A DNA stretch of 64,000 nt, from contig CM060733.1 of NCBI GenBank assembly GCA_030704615.1, positions 68,510,001-68,574,000 on the forward strand. Reading direction: 5' to 3'. Below the pieces are notes generated by a model, which ran no database searches, had not been told where the DNA came from, and saw only the letters and a program-made list of their open reading frames with translations. Positions 1 through 14,352 of this stretch are shown piece after piece (positions within the stretch are counted from its first letter, which is position 1; each line of letters opens with the position of its first letter). Position numbers and translations under genes: made by a program. The stretch comes from Takakia lepidozioides. Its lineage: Eukaryota > Plantae > Bryophyta.

Positions 1-119
1 GTTGATGTCATGTAAAACACTACCTAATTGACTGCACAAAACTACACATCTGGACAGGGACACAAACACCAAACCACACCACACAAAGCAGAGCAGAGCT
101 ACACAGTGATGACCTTACT

Positions 120-3100
120 TTTCAGCAAGGTGCCTCCAGCCAAATGGTCTTCCCGTAGCTTGAAGTTAGCAGGTGGAGTGGGGATCGAGCTTCTGACAGA
201 TTGGTCTGCAGCAACCCCAAATGGTGAAGTTACACAGATGCACCCAGAGTCTGTCAAGTGAAAGTTTACATCATGCCATATGGAACCCATCAATGAACCT
301 TGACATTTGAGACCCATCTCACACTTGAACTAAGCTTTCTGACTCTACGTCTATCTGAGCCCAAAGGAGCATGCAAGAAGGGAGTATGCATCATAGGTGC
401 ATTGACATTGACATACTGATGTGGATTTTGTCGTCAAGGTTGACAGCCTTGGAGGAAGCTCCTTGACTTCCAGCAGTGCTCTTGGAACTAAAGCTTTTGA
501 TAGGTACTCGAGGCCCACTGTTTTTGGCACTTTTCTCCATCTGTCTGGTCAAATCCTCTGACCGAAATCCCAATTCACTTGATACATCGGCATCATCATC
601 ACCCTCAGATGCAGTTGATGCTGAATGCCAGTCAGTTATATGTGAACCGGAAGTACGACTCTTTCGACCAAACTTCAACAGTCTCTTCAGGCCCTTGGGA
701 GATTCCTTGCTATTGACTGGAACAGCAGCCTTCTGGGAGTTGGTCCAGATCTTGTGGAGGCGACCTGTGGGGGTATATGTGGCCTCCGGAGATAGTGAGT
801 GCTGAAGTTGTGGAAAAGTCTGGGAGGCAGGGCTAGGAGAAGGAGAGGCTGATGCCAAGAAAATAGGAGCCTCACAGATGGCTAAGAAATCTGACTCTGT
901 CTGAAATGACGCCTCATCTGAGATAGCTTGAGCTGGTGATGGTGATGCGATTGCCTGGGGTGCAATGTAGGCATCAATGGGAGAAGATGTAGGTGAAGAG
1001 GCAACCAAAGGGGTCTGTTCTGCTTCAGAGTGTTGGATGAGAGAAGTAGATATGGGAACTCCTACAGCACCAGGAGAGGTATACGATAATGACATATCAT
1101 GTGGTGCGTTGGATAATGAAAGGTTTGGTGCTGGCAAAATGATATTACTGACTTGGACATGAGAGGCAACAGAGTCAACATGCTGGTTACCTGGCGCAAG
1201 AGAAACTTCCTCCATTTCAGTGCACTGAACTTCCTTCATTGCATCCTCAGTTTCCTCTGCTCCAGCAATGACGACATCCTGAGAAGCAGTATCAGAGACA
1301 CCAATAGGGAAAGAGCCTAATGAGGCAGCTGCACGGATGGGCACCAAGCCAGGTCCACTTCCTGCTCTCTCATCTGCCTCATCTGCTGCCAAATCGATGG
1401 AGAGATCATCGGTCAGTTTGAGTGCTGCAAGATGAGGGCTCTCCAAGTTGCTCTGCACTGGAAATGACATTGTGGCAATGGTGTCATCCAGAAACTTATT
1501 TACAGGGTCAGGTGCATAGGCTGCTTTTACCTTACGGGCACCTGGGCCAGCACCAGGCCCAATCCCTTTCCCTTTGCGGAGAAAGGGTTTTGCATCTAGT
1601 GTGACCGTGGCAGTGACAGAAGCACGCTTACCAGGCTTACTTAGCACACTTTGGTCCACCAGACCCTTTGAGACTTTGAGAGATGCAAATACTGGAGCCT
1701 CCTGAGAAGGTTCATTCACCGGCGTAATACTCTTCCTTATTCCTGTACCTCGGTGCTTCTTGTCTTCGATGGCGGAAGCTCTTGCAGTTGGCCGACTCCC
1801 ATTGACCTCAAGGGGAGCAGTTGAGGCACGCACAGCAGAAGTGTTGGATTTATTAAGAGTGCTGGCTCGGTCGTGAAAAGTGGTAGTACGCACCACTGAA
1901 GGTTTTGTATTCTCCTTCCTGAGCTCTGCAAGGGAAGGGACAGAGCGACTTAAGGGATTCTCAGGGGTGCTGGGCTGAGTTAACATCTGAGGTCGCCGTT
2001 GGCCTGCACGAGAAGTCTTTGGATTAGATCCTGGTGACAAAGAATTAGCAGTGTACCGAAACAATCCATTGGCTGGTTTCTGAGGGGGTGATAATTTGCA
2101 CACTAAGCTGGGTTTCATTGGGAGTTGCCGGATTGAACCACAGGGAGTTGATGCTGCAGACTGTGCACCCAGTGAAGTGGGGCTGCTGCGTGCAGCTATC
2201 CTCTCCCGTCGTTGAGCTCTCAACTCTTCCAACCGCTTCTTCTCTTCTTCATCCTACACGAGAGCAAGACAAGTTGGTCACACATTGTATGTTAATAGCA
2301 ACCCAACTGCAATAATGGAAAAAAGAACTGAACAGACCAGACCAAACATACATTGACTGTGGGAAAGAGCCCACATGTTGGTAAGAGGTCCTTAGAGATT
2401 CCAAAAGTGAAAAGAAAATGCCAACAGAAATAGCAAACGTGCACCACCAAGGGAGAAAAGATAGGAGTGCGAGTAGCACAAACACCAACAGACACACTTT
2501 GAGAATAAGCTTACCTTCTCCTTTTTGCTCCTCAGGAGGTCAGCCTTGAAGGCCCGCAACTTCTCTGCCCGCAATTGTGCATCCACTGAGGGAGTGTGCT
2601 TCTCAGACAATCTTCCATTCCGAGCAGTCATCTCTGCTTTCCTTCTTTCCAGGACTTCTTGCATTGCCTTCAGCTTTGCTTCTCTCTCTGCCCTTTTCAA
2701 GCCCGACTCTTCCCTGAGCTTGGCATCTCTCTTTTCGCGATAGTGCTCATAAAACCTTCCTTTTCGTTCTTTGGGAGACTCACCCCCCTCTTTCACACCA
2801 TCACCTGCAAGCTTTTGATTACCAATGTCCACTAGGAATTCCATGTGATGGTTGACAGCAGAAGTCCAGCATAATGAATCTCGGCCCATTTTTCGATCCG
2901 GCATCAGGAACAAGTCATCTGGTGCAAAGTCTTTGGCAATGATAGGGTCCTTTTGTGCACACTTTTCCTGGTTGACAGGCATCTCAGATTCCAAACGAAG
3001 ATCGCCTCTCCACCCAAGGCTCGAATAATCTTGTGCTAAAGCACGAGCTGGCACAATAAAAGCATCCTCTGACACTTCTTGCTTTTCAGTTTGAAGTCGA

Positions 3101-6100
3101 TCGCTAGGTCTGGTGGTAGTCAACTCATTTTCCTGACCCACAGTCCTATTCCTGCTCAGATCAGATTGCCAAACTCGCTCCGGAATGATGAAAGAGTCAT
3201 CCACTTCTGGTCCTAGCTTCTGCGCAGCCACACTGTCAGGTCCAGAATATAAAGCACCCCTGGATGTAGATTTGGTGTGACGATCAGGTAGCAGTAAAGC
3301 CTCTTCAGCTGGTCCTGGTAACTTCCCGTAATCGGCTGTGGTGAGCACCGCCACAGGCCCAGCAGTTTCGGAACCAAAATCAAGCCCAGACCGCATGAAT
3401 TGGGTTGTTCGACCAGGCCAGACCTGCAACTCCTCCCTTGCATCCTCAGGAAACAATTGAGAATTACTCTGGGCAACATTCTGCTGCTCAATCTCGGGAT
3501 GCAGTGAGTCTGAGTCATCCGCAGTCACAAGATTGTGACCCTCTAAGCTTATTGGCATCATATCACCACTATCATCCAGGCCATCAGTCTGTGCTGTCTT
3601 CATGCTCAAGTCCCTGCCCAAGTCTCTACCTCCACTCCACCTCTTCAGCACGGGTTTCTCAGAAACCTGTGACGTTGCACTGTCTGTGGATCCTCTGCAA
3701 CTCCCCTGCTTCAAAAGCTTCCTCTTGGAAGATTTACCAGAGTCCCTCCTTTTGGTCTCAAAAAGGCTAATGGCATCCTTAACACTGAGTCGCACACGCT
3801 CACCATGCATGCATACAGAGTCGTCCTCCTCGTCCAGAGCAGAATCAGTTTCATCCAAACTCTCGCTTGTTTCAGACTCCCTCCCACTGGTCCTGTCCAT
3901 GTTTGAACCTGAGTTGGAGGTGATGTAATTGATATTCCTAATCACGACCATTCCTGACCGTCGCATGCCAGAGCGTCCAACTTGTACTTTTCGCATAGGT
4001 GAAGAAGACCTCCACTTTGGGGATGAGGACCTTCGAGCCAAAAGCTGCATGGAAAGCTTGTCACTGGGTGATTGTGCCTCCTGTTCTGTTGGTGACTCAC
4101 TGTCATGATCTGGAAGCACAGTAGGTTCGACTGCCTGGTCTGTGCCAGAAGCAGAAGTTTCCCTCGCAGAGCTACCCACAGCTTCATGCGCCTTTTGTGC
4201 ATAGCTGTGCTTTTGTAAAGCCTGAGCTGATGATGAGTGCACAGTGGTACTCATCTCCATCACATGGGCATTCCGCTCTGCATGTGTAATCATATGTGAA
4301 TAACCAGGGCCCATCCCCTGCTGCCGCGCATGAGAAACCAGGGCACCAGGATGATCAGGACTATGCTGCCAGCTCTGGTCTGATGACTGCCCTTGTGATG
4401 CCGTCCAGCTTGCAAGACCTTCAGCATGTTTCTGCAGCTGAATGCCATTATCATCAAGGTAACCACCCTGGTTGGCACAAGATGCCTGCTGACCACTCCG
4501 TGAGGAGGAATGATATGAGCACGCATCATGGTGATCACCATCAGTTTCATGTGAAGGACCAACACTGCCCCTCAGTAGAGGACCTGCTGGGGAGTGGTTG
4601 GGCAGGCTGTGTGAAGGGTGGCTTGCCCAAGCACTGTGGGTGTGATGCCCTCGGACACCACAGCCTGCTGCATCCAGCTCACTGCCAGACTCAGCAGCAG
4701 TGTCTGCTGCATACCTACTCACTGGTAGCCTGTGGGGTGGAGAGGATTGAGATGGTAGACATTGCGAACCACCATTGAGAAAGACAGGTCCATCTTCAGC
4801 ATAAGCCCTTCCCACCATTTCCTGATCATGAACTTCACCTGAATTTGCTTGATTGAATCGGCCCCGCCCACGAGACCAATACTCTCCATTATTATCTCCA
4901 AGCCTGCTGGGACTCATAGCAGTTGCAGGGCCATCATAGGGCCCTCTCCGGCGATGCAAGTCGGAGCTGGAATAGCCCCTAACCTGCTGGTCGTCACCAA
5001 CAAAGCTTCGTCCATCAGCATACAAATTAGTGTGAGACCTGATGCTGACATTGTCGTAAACTTCATCAAGTCGCAAATCACCAGTATCACTGTGCATGTC
5101 TGACCACATGTCGGGGTACTCCCTAGGCCTGATGAATGAGCCCTCAGGGCTGGCAGGTACATGGCGAGGATCTGTTGACTCTGCAGCTGCCAGCTCCATC
5201 TCTTCTATCCAGAGCCCTGCTTCCTGCCTCTTCTTACATAAGGCCATGAACTTAGCACATGCATCCCTGTTCTCACAACGCAATAGGAAAATGCTTTAGT
5301 TGGAGAGTCGCAGGAAAATATAGCTAAGACCACAGTCCAAAGGGTGCAAGTTTAGCAACTCCCAGGTGAAGTTTCCGTGCACTGCAAGCGTCGGTACTAC
5401 AAGGGTTAAGGACAGTTCAAACCCCTGCAACCATTTTGAGTCATTCCATCCTTCTGAGGTTAAAATCACAAGCATGCAAACATGGCAGGTCTCAATGACA
5501 AGGGTAACAAAAAATTTGACTGGTCAACCTCTGCAAGCCAAACATTCTCTACAGATCACACTGGGGTGCACGGAAGTAGTTGTACCGCAAGCGATCAGCA
5601 CCAAAACATTCCGCAAAAACTAACAAATGTGCCATGTGCTGCATATCAAATCCTGCTGCTGATGCGCGAGCAAAGGCCATGCCTTGCTCCTTCTGCAGCA
5701 TCAACCATCGAGCATCCATTGCTCGTAACAAACGCCTCCTGCATTCCCATGTCCCTACCGTTGAGAAACCATGCCTATCTTGTACCTCATGGAAAACTGC
5801 ATCCAGATTTAAGAGAAGGGGCACTGCTTGCGCTAAGTGAAGACCCAAGAAGAGGTCCACACATAATGATAAGATCAAATTCACTATGCATCAATTTACC
5901 AGCCTTAAGTCCTTGTGCACAAATGAATTGAGAAAAAGATAACATACTTGGAGCTCTCGCCTGATCCAGGAATATCACCACCATCCAAAGAATTACGCCT
6001 TGACTAAGATCAACAAATATCACCCACCATGGGACATAAACCAAAATAAGTTTGATCAAAGGAAGATTCTGTGGATTTTTAACAATTAGATATCCAAAGA

Positions 6101-9100
6101 TATGGGTGAAAAGGAAGTACATTCTCTCTTCATTGAAGTAAGTGAAATGTCCATAAGAACAATTAACAGATGAACAAGGCAGTGATCAACACAAGAATTA
6201 AATATGACAGTACATTCATTAATGAAGGTCCCCAGCTAACGACTCTGAGGCCAGAGCAAACCTTTGGTGTTGCTCCAGCCTTCTCCAAACTCAAAGACAA
6301 TAAAACCTTGCTAGCTGCCACATACGCACCCAATATCAGTGTTCGCAAGCTGCAAATTTCTAAGAAACTTTGACTCATCTCCTGCAAAATGCTTTATTTT
6401 CATATCTTCGATTGACACGTATGCTCAGTCACAGGAAGTGTGTGAGGACAAGACCGCTAACAAAACTGCGACAGAAACACAGGTAGAAGCTTTCAAATGA
6501 TATCCATCAGAAACACGCACTAATGACAAATTCCCACCTAAAGATTCGTGCATCAAGCCAGCCAGCACTTCAGATATTTGTGGTTTTGAGCAACAGAAAA
6601 CATGGGAAAGGCTATACTACGGCCTGATATACTCCATCCAAGCTTTAAAACTGCCTGCCATTTTTCTCAGCAAATTCATTTAACACCACAACAGTTGACA
6701 GAAGCAAAGCATACAATGATCACAACATGTCAACAAGGAACAAAGCTCAAATGGCTGATGTGATGTTGCACCCTAAATCTTGCATCAAAATATACAAGAA
6801 ACTGCTATCCACAGGTATCAAGCAAAGACACAAAACTTCAACATCTCCAAAGTACCCTCCAGGATGCTGCACAGAGCAAAACCCACTTGACCTCCCCCAC
6901 CCATAGCAAGCAAAACAAAATTATAGAAATTCAAGAATGAATCAGTCGGAGACTCCAGCCTCATACCCTGAAACAATAGGGGGGGGGGGAACTCTGATAT
7001 GGAAAAACCTCCTAGGTGTTTGATCTTGCTTGGGGAGGGACACCAGGTTAGAACCAGAAAAGTTGCGTCACGACAGGAACATCTGACCAGCAGTCAGCAG
7101 TCCTTTGACCATACAGCAAGGCCAACTATTTTTCCATGCGGAAAAAGAGCATATACAGAACACTTTGATTTCATGGCATCAGCTGTCTCACAACAAACTC
7201 TTAATGGAAAGAGGTATGCATTCCAAGTCACTTACAATTCAGGAAGCATTACAAGCTAGACAAAGAACCCCCCTTACCAACCTCTTAAATGACTTAGCTG
7301 CCAGATCTGGTACAGACCTTTACTTGCAAGTCAGTAATAAGTACTGGAGAAAGAAAGAGAAACAATCACTTCTCCTTTCCTGTGGGTGAGGTGCAGAGCA
7401 GGTTTGATTGAGACCACTTCCAAGGAGAAATGTGTACGCCTTCCCACATTGCACCGCAATGTTCCTAATTATAAATGACCAACCAGCTAGCAGACTCCAC
7501 CCTCAGCTGCATGCCCAACTGAGCCATAAAGCTCCAAACTTTCCACCTGATTGCAGAGGGCAACGAGGAGTACTCTGATCCCTCACCATACTTTCCCCTA
7601 ATTTGCAGCAACTCCTCCTGACAGACCTTTTATTCAGTTGCAAGGACTAACCCTAACTGAAGAAGGCATGGGATGATAGGAAATCTGCAGACGTGCACAA
7701 GCCACAGCCACATGAAGTTTAGGATGAATGGATACCTGATGGGGGGGTGGCAGGTGTGGTTTTTGAAACTGAATTGTCAACCTGAACATGATGATGCAGG
7801 TGACGGGGTTAGCCAGCAGTCTGTTTGCTTCAAATCTCACAGCACATGTTGCAATTGTTGGACGACTCCCTAAGAGTGTAGGTCCAGTGTAAGTTGAATC
7901 ATCTGATCCATCCCAATTTGCTCAACAGCCCAAAGTTTGAGGAAGCCATACCCGTGAAGACTCACTGGATTGAATGCTAATGGCCTCCTCGAGTTGCATG
8001 AGTTCAGCCTCAACAGTACTGACACGTTCCAGCACTTCTGGCGTGCTGACAAATCGGACAAATCTGATGGCAAACAATCCCTCCAACAAATAAGCCCTAG
8101 TAGAAGCAAACTGCAGGTAGTCCTCACTATACCTAGAGAGAAAGCAAGCTTATAAAATTCTGGGCAGAATCCTAAAGCTAAGCTCCACCACACAGTTCCC
8201 TATTGATTTGAGTTGTGGCACCACAAGAGAGGAGGAAAAGATCACTCCACCAAAAACAGTGCATCTGATCTCCAAAAATTCAACATCTTATGACGTCTCT
8301 TGCACAGTAATCTGCTTAGACCACTTGTCTATCCCAGGGCAACCTGAATCTTTGTAATGACTTAAAATAACATTAAACCAGTGCTATGCGGACTTGCAAA
8401 CATACACGGGTTGTACAACAAGTACCATTAGAAAACATAAGTAGCATTAGTGGCAGCATGTGTGAAGGACCAGTAGGAAACCATATAAGACCCATACTAG
8501 CCAACAGAAGGCAGGCAAATCCCAGTCCGCAGACCAAAATGACACCCTCTACATGCAATGAGACCACTACGGGGTTCCCATGGAGACTAGAGAGGTAGGG
8601 CATAACAGCAGGGTGTAACTACATAGGTCACACTAACACTCATACTGGGATGATTTACATAAAGCGGCTCCCCCGGATGCAGGTGTGTACCTCTGTTACA
8701 TAGGTCTCACAAATTGACAAGAAGTCCCAATAAGTAGCCCCATGCTTCACTGGCCACACTAATGCATGCTTGAAACAGATATGATTGTGTAGCATAATAG
8801 CAATAGTCTGAGGGAAACTCTTCTAAAAATCACTGTCATGACCACAACCTTTCCAAGGTTCCTTTGGTAAACCAGGCCGCTTCATGTGAATCCTGATCGC
8901 CTGCATTTCCAAAGCCAGCAGGTGGCTGCAACTTGATCGAGTAGCCCCCTTTAGCAATTTGTTCCTCTGCTGCTTTTAAATGTGCAAGAAAGGGCTTCAG
9001 CAAGCCTGAAGCTAGCTTTTCTGTCTCTCCTCTGCATGCCACTAACAGCTCACACCTGGTCCAGAGTTGGACAAGTGAGAGTGAGTGCATGCAATCACTT

Positions 9101-9627
9101 TACAAAGGCAATGCGATCCTCTAACCAAAAAGGATCCAATAATGACAACCTCTTCTATTAAGAACGCACATTGCACTTCAAAGCACATACTAAAGGCAAA
9201 GGCACTCTATCGAGATCTAACGTAATAGTAGCAGTCAGTGTAGCTTACCGTCCTGCCCTATCGCTATCATCCTCCTATACATAACTAAAATACCTGCATA
9301 ACCAAGTTGTAATAGGCTCTGTAGGGAATCAGAAAAGTTACCCTTTCTCATTTCGGATCATTTAAGGAGGGAAGGCAAAGTAGCATACGATAATAATAGT
9401 TTCAAAACAAACACGACGTCGGATTGTTGACATGTCCCGGGGAGGGAGGGAAGTGTGAATGATGGGGATCGAAGACTTCTCCGATTCGAAAATCCAGTCA
9501 TTGCATAACTGGAAGCTCACCCATACGAGATTGAAAAATGTCAGCTTCGATGAGTAAGGATAAGACACCTGGTGCGTGTTGGAGTGAGCTGAAATATGGC
9601 ATAGTCCAGAGGCACGTCCGGCTTCAT
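120..9627 (-). CDS. COP1-interacting protein 7 (CIP7)-like multi-exon gene; final exon lies beyond window start
   Basis: Reconstructed GT-AG exons: 9627-9569 ([20 protein letters not shown]), 9055-8849 ([40 protein letters not shown]...WFTKGTLER), 8063-7952 ([14 protein letters not shown]), ~5738-5585 ([15 protein letters not shown]...FGADRLR), ~5267-2516 (long exon with [15 protein letters not shown]), ~2254-450 ([16 protein letters not shown]) and ~255-120 ([16 protein letters not shown]). These match remembered CIP7-family blocks. Small exons between 5.8 and 7.9 kb were not resolved. Confidence 0.88.
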
Positions 9628-10739
9628 GTTGACTACACCCTATACCAAGCTTGACGGAGGCGTCACACAAGCTTCACACCGTTTTTCTCATTGAGTACCG
9701 TTTCTATCAGCATAGTCACAGCTTTCGGCGTCTGGTTTCACACAAACATAGTCAGGAACAGGGCCTGAACCCTTGAGACCACAACGTTGACGCTATCTCC
9801 ATCGCTACACTCACAGAAGGGATTGATTGATGAAGCGCCAGAAGTAAAGGATGAAATACAACTGGAACAACAGCAAGGGGATCTAAGGAAACCGCAGATA
9901 AAAGCAAGCCGTAGAGATAGCGAGAAGAGGCGAAGTGAGAGGGCCAGAAGGGTAGGCCAGAGGTACGCTCGTCGCAGGAGACAAGGCGGAAGGCGCCGGG
10001 GTGGGTACGGCGGCCATAGCCACGATAGCAAAGCTCTGCTTTCCCGCTCATACGCGATGGACTTGCCATTCATTCCTCGACCCGCTAGCCTAGCTACGTA
10101 GGCTCACTCATTCCTCCGCAGAACCGTCCACTTACGTTGGCCTGCTGGGAATTATGCAGGTTACCTATGCTAATAAGTCCACCCTGCTGTTGATTATCTC
10201 TCTCTACTCAGGCTCAATTGTTCCCTGTCTGGAGTCTGGACCCAATACTTCCTGCTCACACACCTGGCTAATAACTGCCCTGCCGCTCCCCACCACGGCG
10301 CACCTCAATCTCCATCAATCCCGTTATTCACATAAAATCAAACACAAACAAGAAAAGGAAAGTGAAACCCAAGGATATTGGACCTTCTACTAACTAAATA
10401 GTAAGCACCATGTAGTATGGCGAGCTGGTTTGCATCGTATCAAACTATGTGTCACCCGGACATTCTCTTCAACCATGTCTCACCAAGCAATATTCCATGG
10501 GACATAGGGGGGAGGCCTTGGAGGCATGGGATGAGAAGAAGTCCCGCTTTCATTCAAATGTTGATGGGTCCACGGTGGAGTCAACCATACAACCGTCTCC
10601 CCAAAATTCAAAACTGAATTCTTCTTGATGAATGCGTGAAATAGAAGAGGCTGCACTAAATCAAGGTTGTTACTTTGACATAAGATTCCCCACAGTCAGA
10701 ATAAGGGCGCCGCAGTTTACACTAGACAACTCTAGAGCT

Positions 10740-11620
10740 TACCTTCTGGCCATCGCAGGTTAGACCCATGCTATTGATGCAAGTCCACCTCTTCTATAGG
10801 ATGGCTGCAGCATTTCTTTCCGTCCACACTTTCAAGGCTTCCGCACTCATATAACATATGTTAGAGAGCAATTTTGATAGCTGACAGAGGATTTTAATGA
10901 GACAGTAAAACAATAGCATACATTTGCATACCTTCTCGGCCAGGTCCACACAGGCGGTGGCGATATAATGTAGTTTCTCCAATGACATCTATGGTTTGAT
11001 GGCTTTTGAGTAGTGCTTTGCTGTCTCTGACAAGATCATCTCCTAGGCTTGGGTCAGCGATTGTTACAGACTTGACAACTTTGGATCTGTACTTGGTCCG
11101 CAATCGCTGCCTGCAAGGACGATGGCATCCCGGACGAGGGCCTGGGTCTTATTGGGGATCTCACTCTCAATGATTTTCGTTTTGTGTAGGCCAAGTCGTC
11201 TTTTATGGAGCTCTGCAATGCAAATGCAAGCAATTGGTTAGGGATCCAGGTGGTCGAAAGACAGTAACATGCAAGGGCACTAACCGGAAAGAGGGCTAAA
11301 TCTCACCGAATAGAGGTATTCGACCATGGTGTCCAGGGTAAGCCGATACTAGGTGCGGCCTGCTTTCACCTTTGATTTACAACTCCGGATCGATGGCTGT
11401 TTTAAAGTCCTTCAGAGGTGCAAGTCCCACTTCTTGCACTCTATACAGCATATGTGAAATGTGCGTTACTATGAACGCCTTCTCTGTCACCCTGTCACAA
11501 AACACACACATTCCAATAATGGCACCGCCATTGGCCCGTAAGCAGAGAAGAAAGAACGACATTGAACCCGATTGGATGGGTCCGATATTAGAAGTGGCTG
11601 CTACGCAGACAGTAGGTCTA
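10740..11620 (-). pseudogene. Degenerate fragment of a relative of the MULE-borne ParB/MTase gene
   Basis: RVTEKAFIVTHISHMLYRVQEVGL..DPEL and RTKYRSKVVKSVTIADPSLG..LEKLHYIATACVDLAEK align with RVTENAYVHTHMAHMLYKVRKTGL..EPEL and RTKYKSKLVKLVAIADPALG..LEKLHHLSTACVEAKEK at 36.9-37.45 kb. Intron positions are the same. The fragment is frameshifted. Confidence 0.8.
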
Positions 11621-12101
11621 TCATGAACAAGTCATAGTAAGGGCTACGTTAATCCTCCATCTGAGGATTCGTTGGAAAGTTTTCGGATGACAGCCTCATC
11701 GGCCAATTCTCGTACCCATTTTTCATTATAATTAGGACTTGCGAGGACTCTGGGCCAGGTCTATAAGTCATCCAATTCCAAATGAAACCAGGATATAGTA
11801 CAATTACGACGTCATGATATGCTACAGAACTTGGATTTCTTAGCCTAAATCAATGGGTACAAAGGCACGGATATCTCGACGTGAAACCCAACGGTCAATA
11901 TTCACTAACTACCGTACGCAATTTCGGCGCCGCAATAGCGACTGCAGCGGCACATAGTATTTCCTGTCTTTATAACCATTACAAAAATGCAACTTCGTAG
12001 AAAAAATGTCATTTTCCATGTATAAAACTTGTCATCAAATAGCAATGTCACTTATCATCCCTATAACAGTGTCATTGTTGATCCATCATCTGGGTCAGTT
12101 C

Positions 12102-12651
12102 CAGTGTTGGACTGGTATCGTATTTTGAACACACCATGCTGGTATTGGTACATAGGCCTTCGGCCAATTGTGATACCAGGGACGTATTGGTATTGGCAAA
12201 AATCTGAGATTTGGATACCATAGTGGTATCAATATTACCTGATTGGTGTGGTGTTTTACGGGTATCAATAGCAAGAGTTTTTAGAAATCGATGCCAGGGT
12301 ATTATCAATATTGGTCTGGTATAAAAAAAACTCATGATATGTTAAATATTGAAATGCCCACTTCTCATATGAATGTGTACAAGCATGCTTCTCATTGATT
12401 TTATTCCTCCAAGTATTGATACCTAGGTTTTCCTCACAAATATGGATATGGTACTGGTATCAGGTACCAGATTTTCAACCACCTACCAAATTGGTAGGGT
12501 ATCGTACACAGTATTAGGAAACAGATACCAGGCCAATACGGGTATATGCTACGTAGTGGCCTGAGGTGATACTGGACTAGTCTGGTACTTCGTACCAGTA
12601 TACATACCAGAATTGATACCAGTTTCTTATCGGTATACCAGTCCAACACTG
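12102..12651. mobile_element. Non-autonomous hAT-type MITE
   Basis: TIR CAGTGTTGGACTGGTAT...ATACCAGTCCAACACTG; 8-bp TSD GTCAGTTC at 12094-12101 and 12652-12659; internal GGTAT/ATACC subterminal motifs. Confidence 0.88.
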
Positions 12652-13253
12652 GTCAGTTCATTCATATTGCGGCGTCGTAATTCATCGGTGGAGGGGCCGA
12701 CCGGTGTCAGGCTCGGACCATTCATTCCTATTGCGGCACCGCAATTCATCCAAAAAGACACCACATATCATCATGAGCGCTCTTTATCGTCTTCAAGATA
12801 GATCCGTTCATCTAAATTATGGCGCTGAAGTTCATCCAACGGTGGAACTCATCCAAGCGAGGAATGTTTTCCGTTCCTCGGGATGGGCCTATTCATCCCT
12901 ATTACGACGCAGCAATTCATCTGTGCCGGGTTCTGCGGATAGGGCCAATCATTCCATTCATCTCTATTACGGTGCCGTATTTCAACGGTGCGGGGCTATG
13001 ACGTTCTGCGGATGGGCTTATTCCTTTTTTATTACGGGTACGTTCATCCCAATTTTGGCGCCGAAATTCATCCGTGGGTCGAGATAAATTTTTGCTCACA
13101 AGTACGTTCATCCCTATTTCGGCGCCGAAATTCATCTGTGGGTGTAAATTCCTTTTTTATTACGGGTACGTTCATCCTTATTTCGGTGCTGAAATTCATC
13201 AGTGACGGATTTTTTTAATTTTTTTTTGGGTGGTTCCTCAAGATAGTCCGATC

Positions 13254-13988
13254 CAGTGTTGGGCGGTTCTCTAGTTTTGGGTAGAACCTGCAGGGTAGGT
13301 TCTATCTTGTGGAAAGTAAATAGAGAACCTCTGAGGCCGAGTACTTAAAAACATGGACAGTTAGAGAACTTGCGGTGCAGGGTATATCTCTGAGTTACAT
13401 TTTCACGGGTATGTTTTATACCGGTTCTTTAATGCAATTATCCGCCAAATCCGGTGCTCGGGTATATGGGTAGAGAACCGTATAGAGAACTGAGAGATGA
13501 TCCGGTTCCGAGTCCTGAATCTGAGTTCAAAAGTTATTATGGACAGAATAAATAAAAAATGTGCATGTATGAGATGGCCACAATTGTCAATAATTAAGCT
13601 CATTTTCTAGCACAACTAACACTAAACTTCCTCTAGATTGCATTGTTGGCCTGTTGGCATTCACTTCTAGCATTTTCACTACCCTTCTTCTTCTTCCTCA
13701 AGGCTTCCACGCTAACCTTAGATAACCGCCCTTATACCCAGGGTATGTGTCGGGTGCAGCTACCCTTACCTTCCCCTCTCATTCCAACTCGTAGGTCAGG
13801 TTCTTATGAATACTAGCTATTAGAGAACCCCCAGTTCGGTGAAGTTCACAGGTAAATAGATTTTGGTATCCGCCGGTTCAATCTTGACTAGGGTATTTGA
13901 AATTTTAATACCCGAGGTTAAGGGGGCATATACCCAGGTCCGGAACCGGCGGTTATTTCACCCAAAACCAGAGAACCGCCCAACACTA
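13254..13988. mobile_element. Non-autonomous hAT-type MITE (second family)
   Basis: TIR CAGTGTTGGGCGGTTCTCT...AGAGAACCGCCCAACACTA; 8-bp TSD GTCCGATC at 13246-13253 and 13989-13996; GAGAACC subterminal motifs. Confidence 0.88.
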
Positions 13989-14064
13989 GTCCGATCATCC
14001 CTATTTCGGCGCCGAAATTCATCCGCGACGATTTTTATTTATTTTTGGTTTTTTGGTGGTTGTT

Positions 14065-14352
14065 TAAGCACGTTGGGGAGTTGGTTGTTGTTGGCTAGGA
14101 ACTCCACTTCATTGTGTCTCCCTGCCAAACCCCACCATAACCACTCGTTCTTCCACCATGTTGAGCTCTATCTGGTCTGCTAGCAAAAACACATTTGTTA
14201 GGGTGGGTTGGGCCACTTGTAGGAGAGTTGCATCCCGCACCCTTCTCATCAGCTCCTTATCCAATATCCCATACCAGAATTGGACTGCCTGAGCTTCCGT
14301 AATCCCTTGGGTTACACTTATCAAGCGCCTCATGCGAGTGTAAGCCTCCCTA
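14065..14352 (-). mobile_element. Isolated Ty3/Gypsy gag fragment, same family as the element at 54.3 kb
   Basis: QPTLTNVFLLADQIELNMVEERVVMVGFGRETQ is nearly identical to PNPPLANVFLLAERIELNMVEERVVMVGFAKETPQ at ~54285-54390. Confidence 0.75.

Noticed and set aside
9787-10101. Arg-rich 104-aa ORF upstream of the CIP7-like gene
   Set aside because: It is antisense to the probable CT-rich 5' UTR, is low complexity, and has no recognisable homology.
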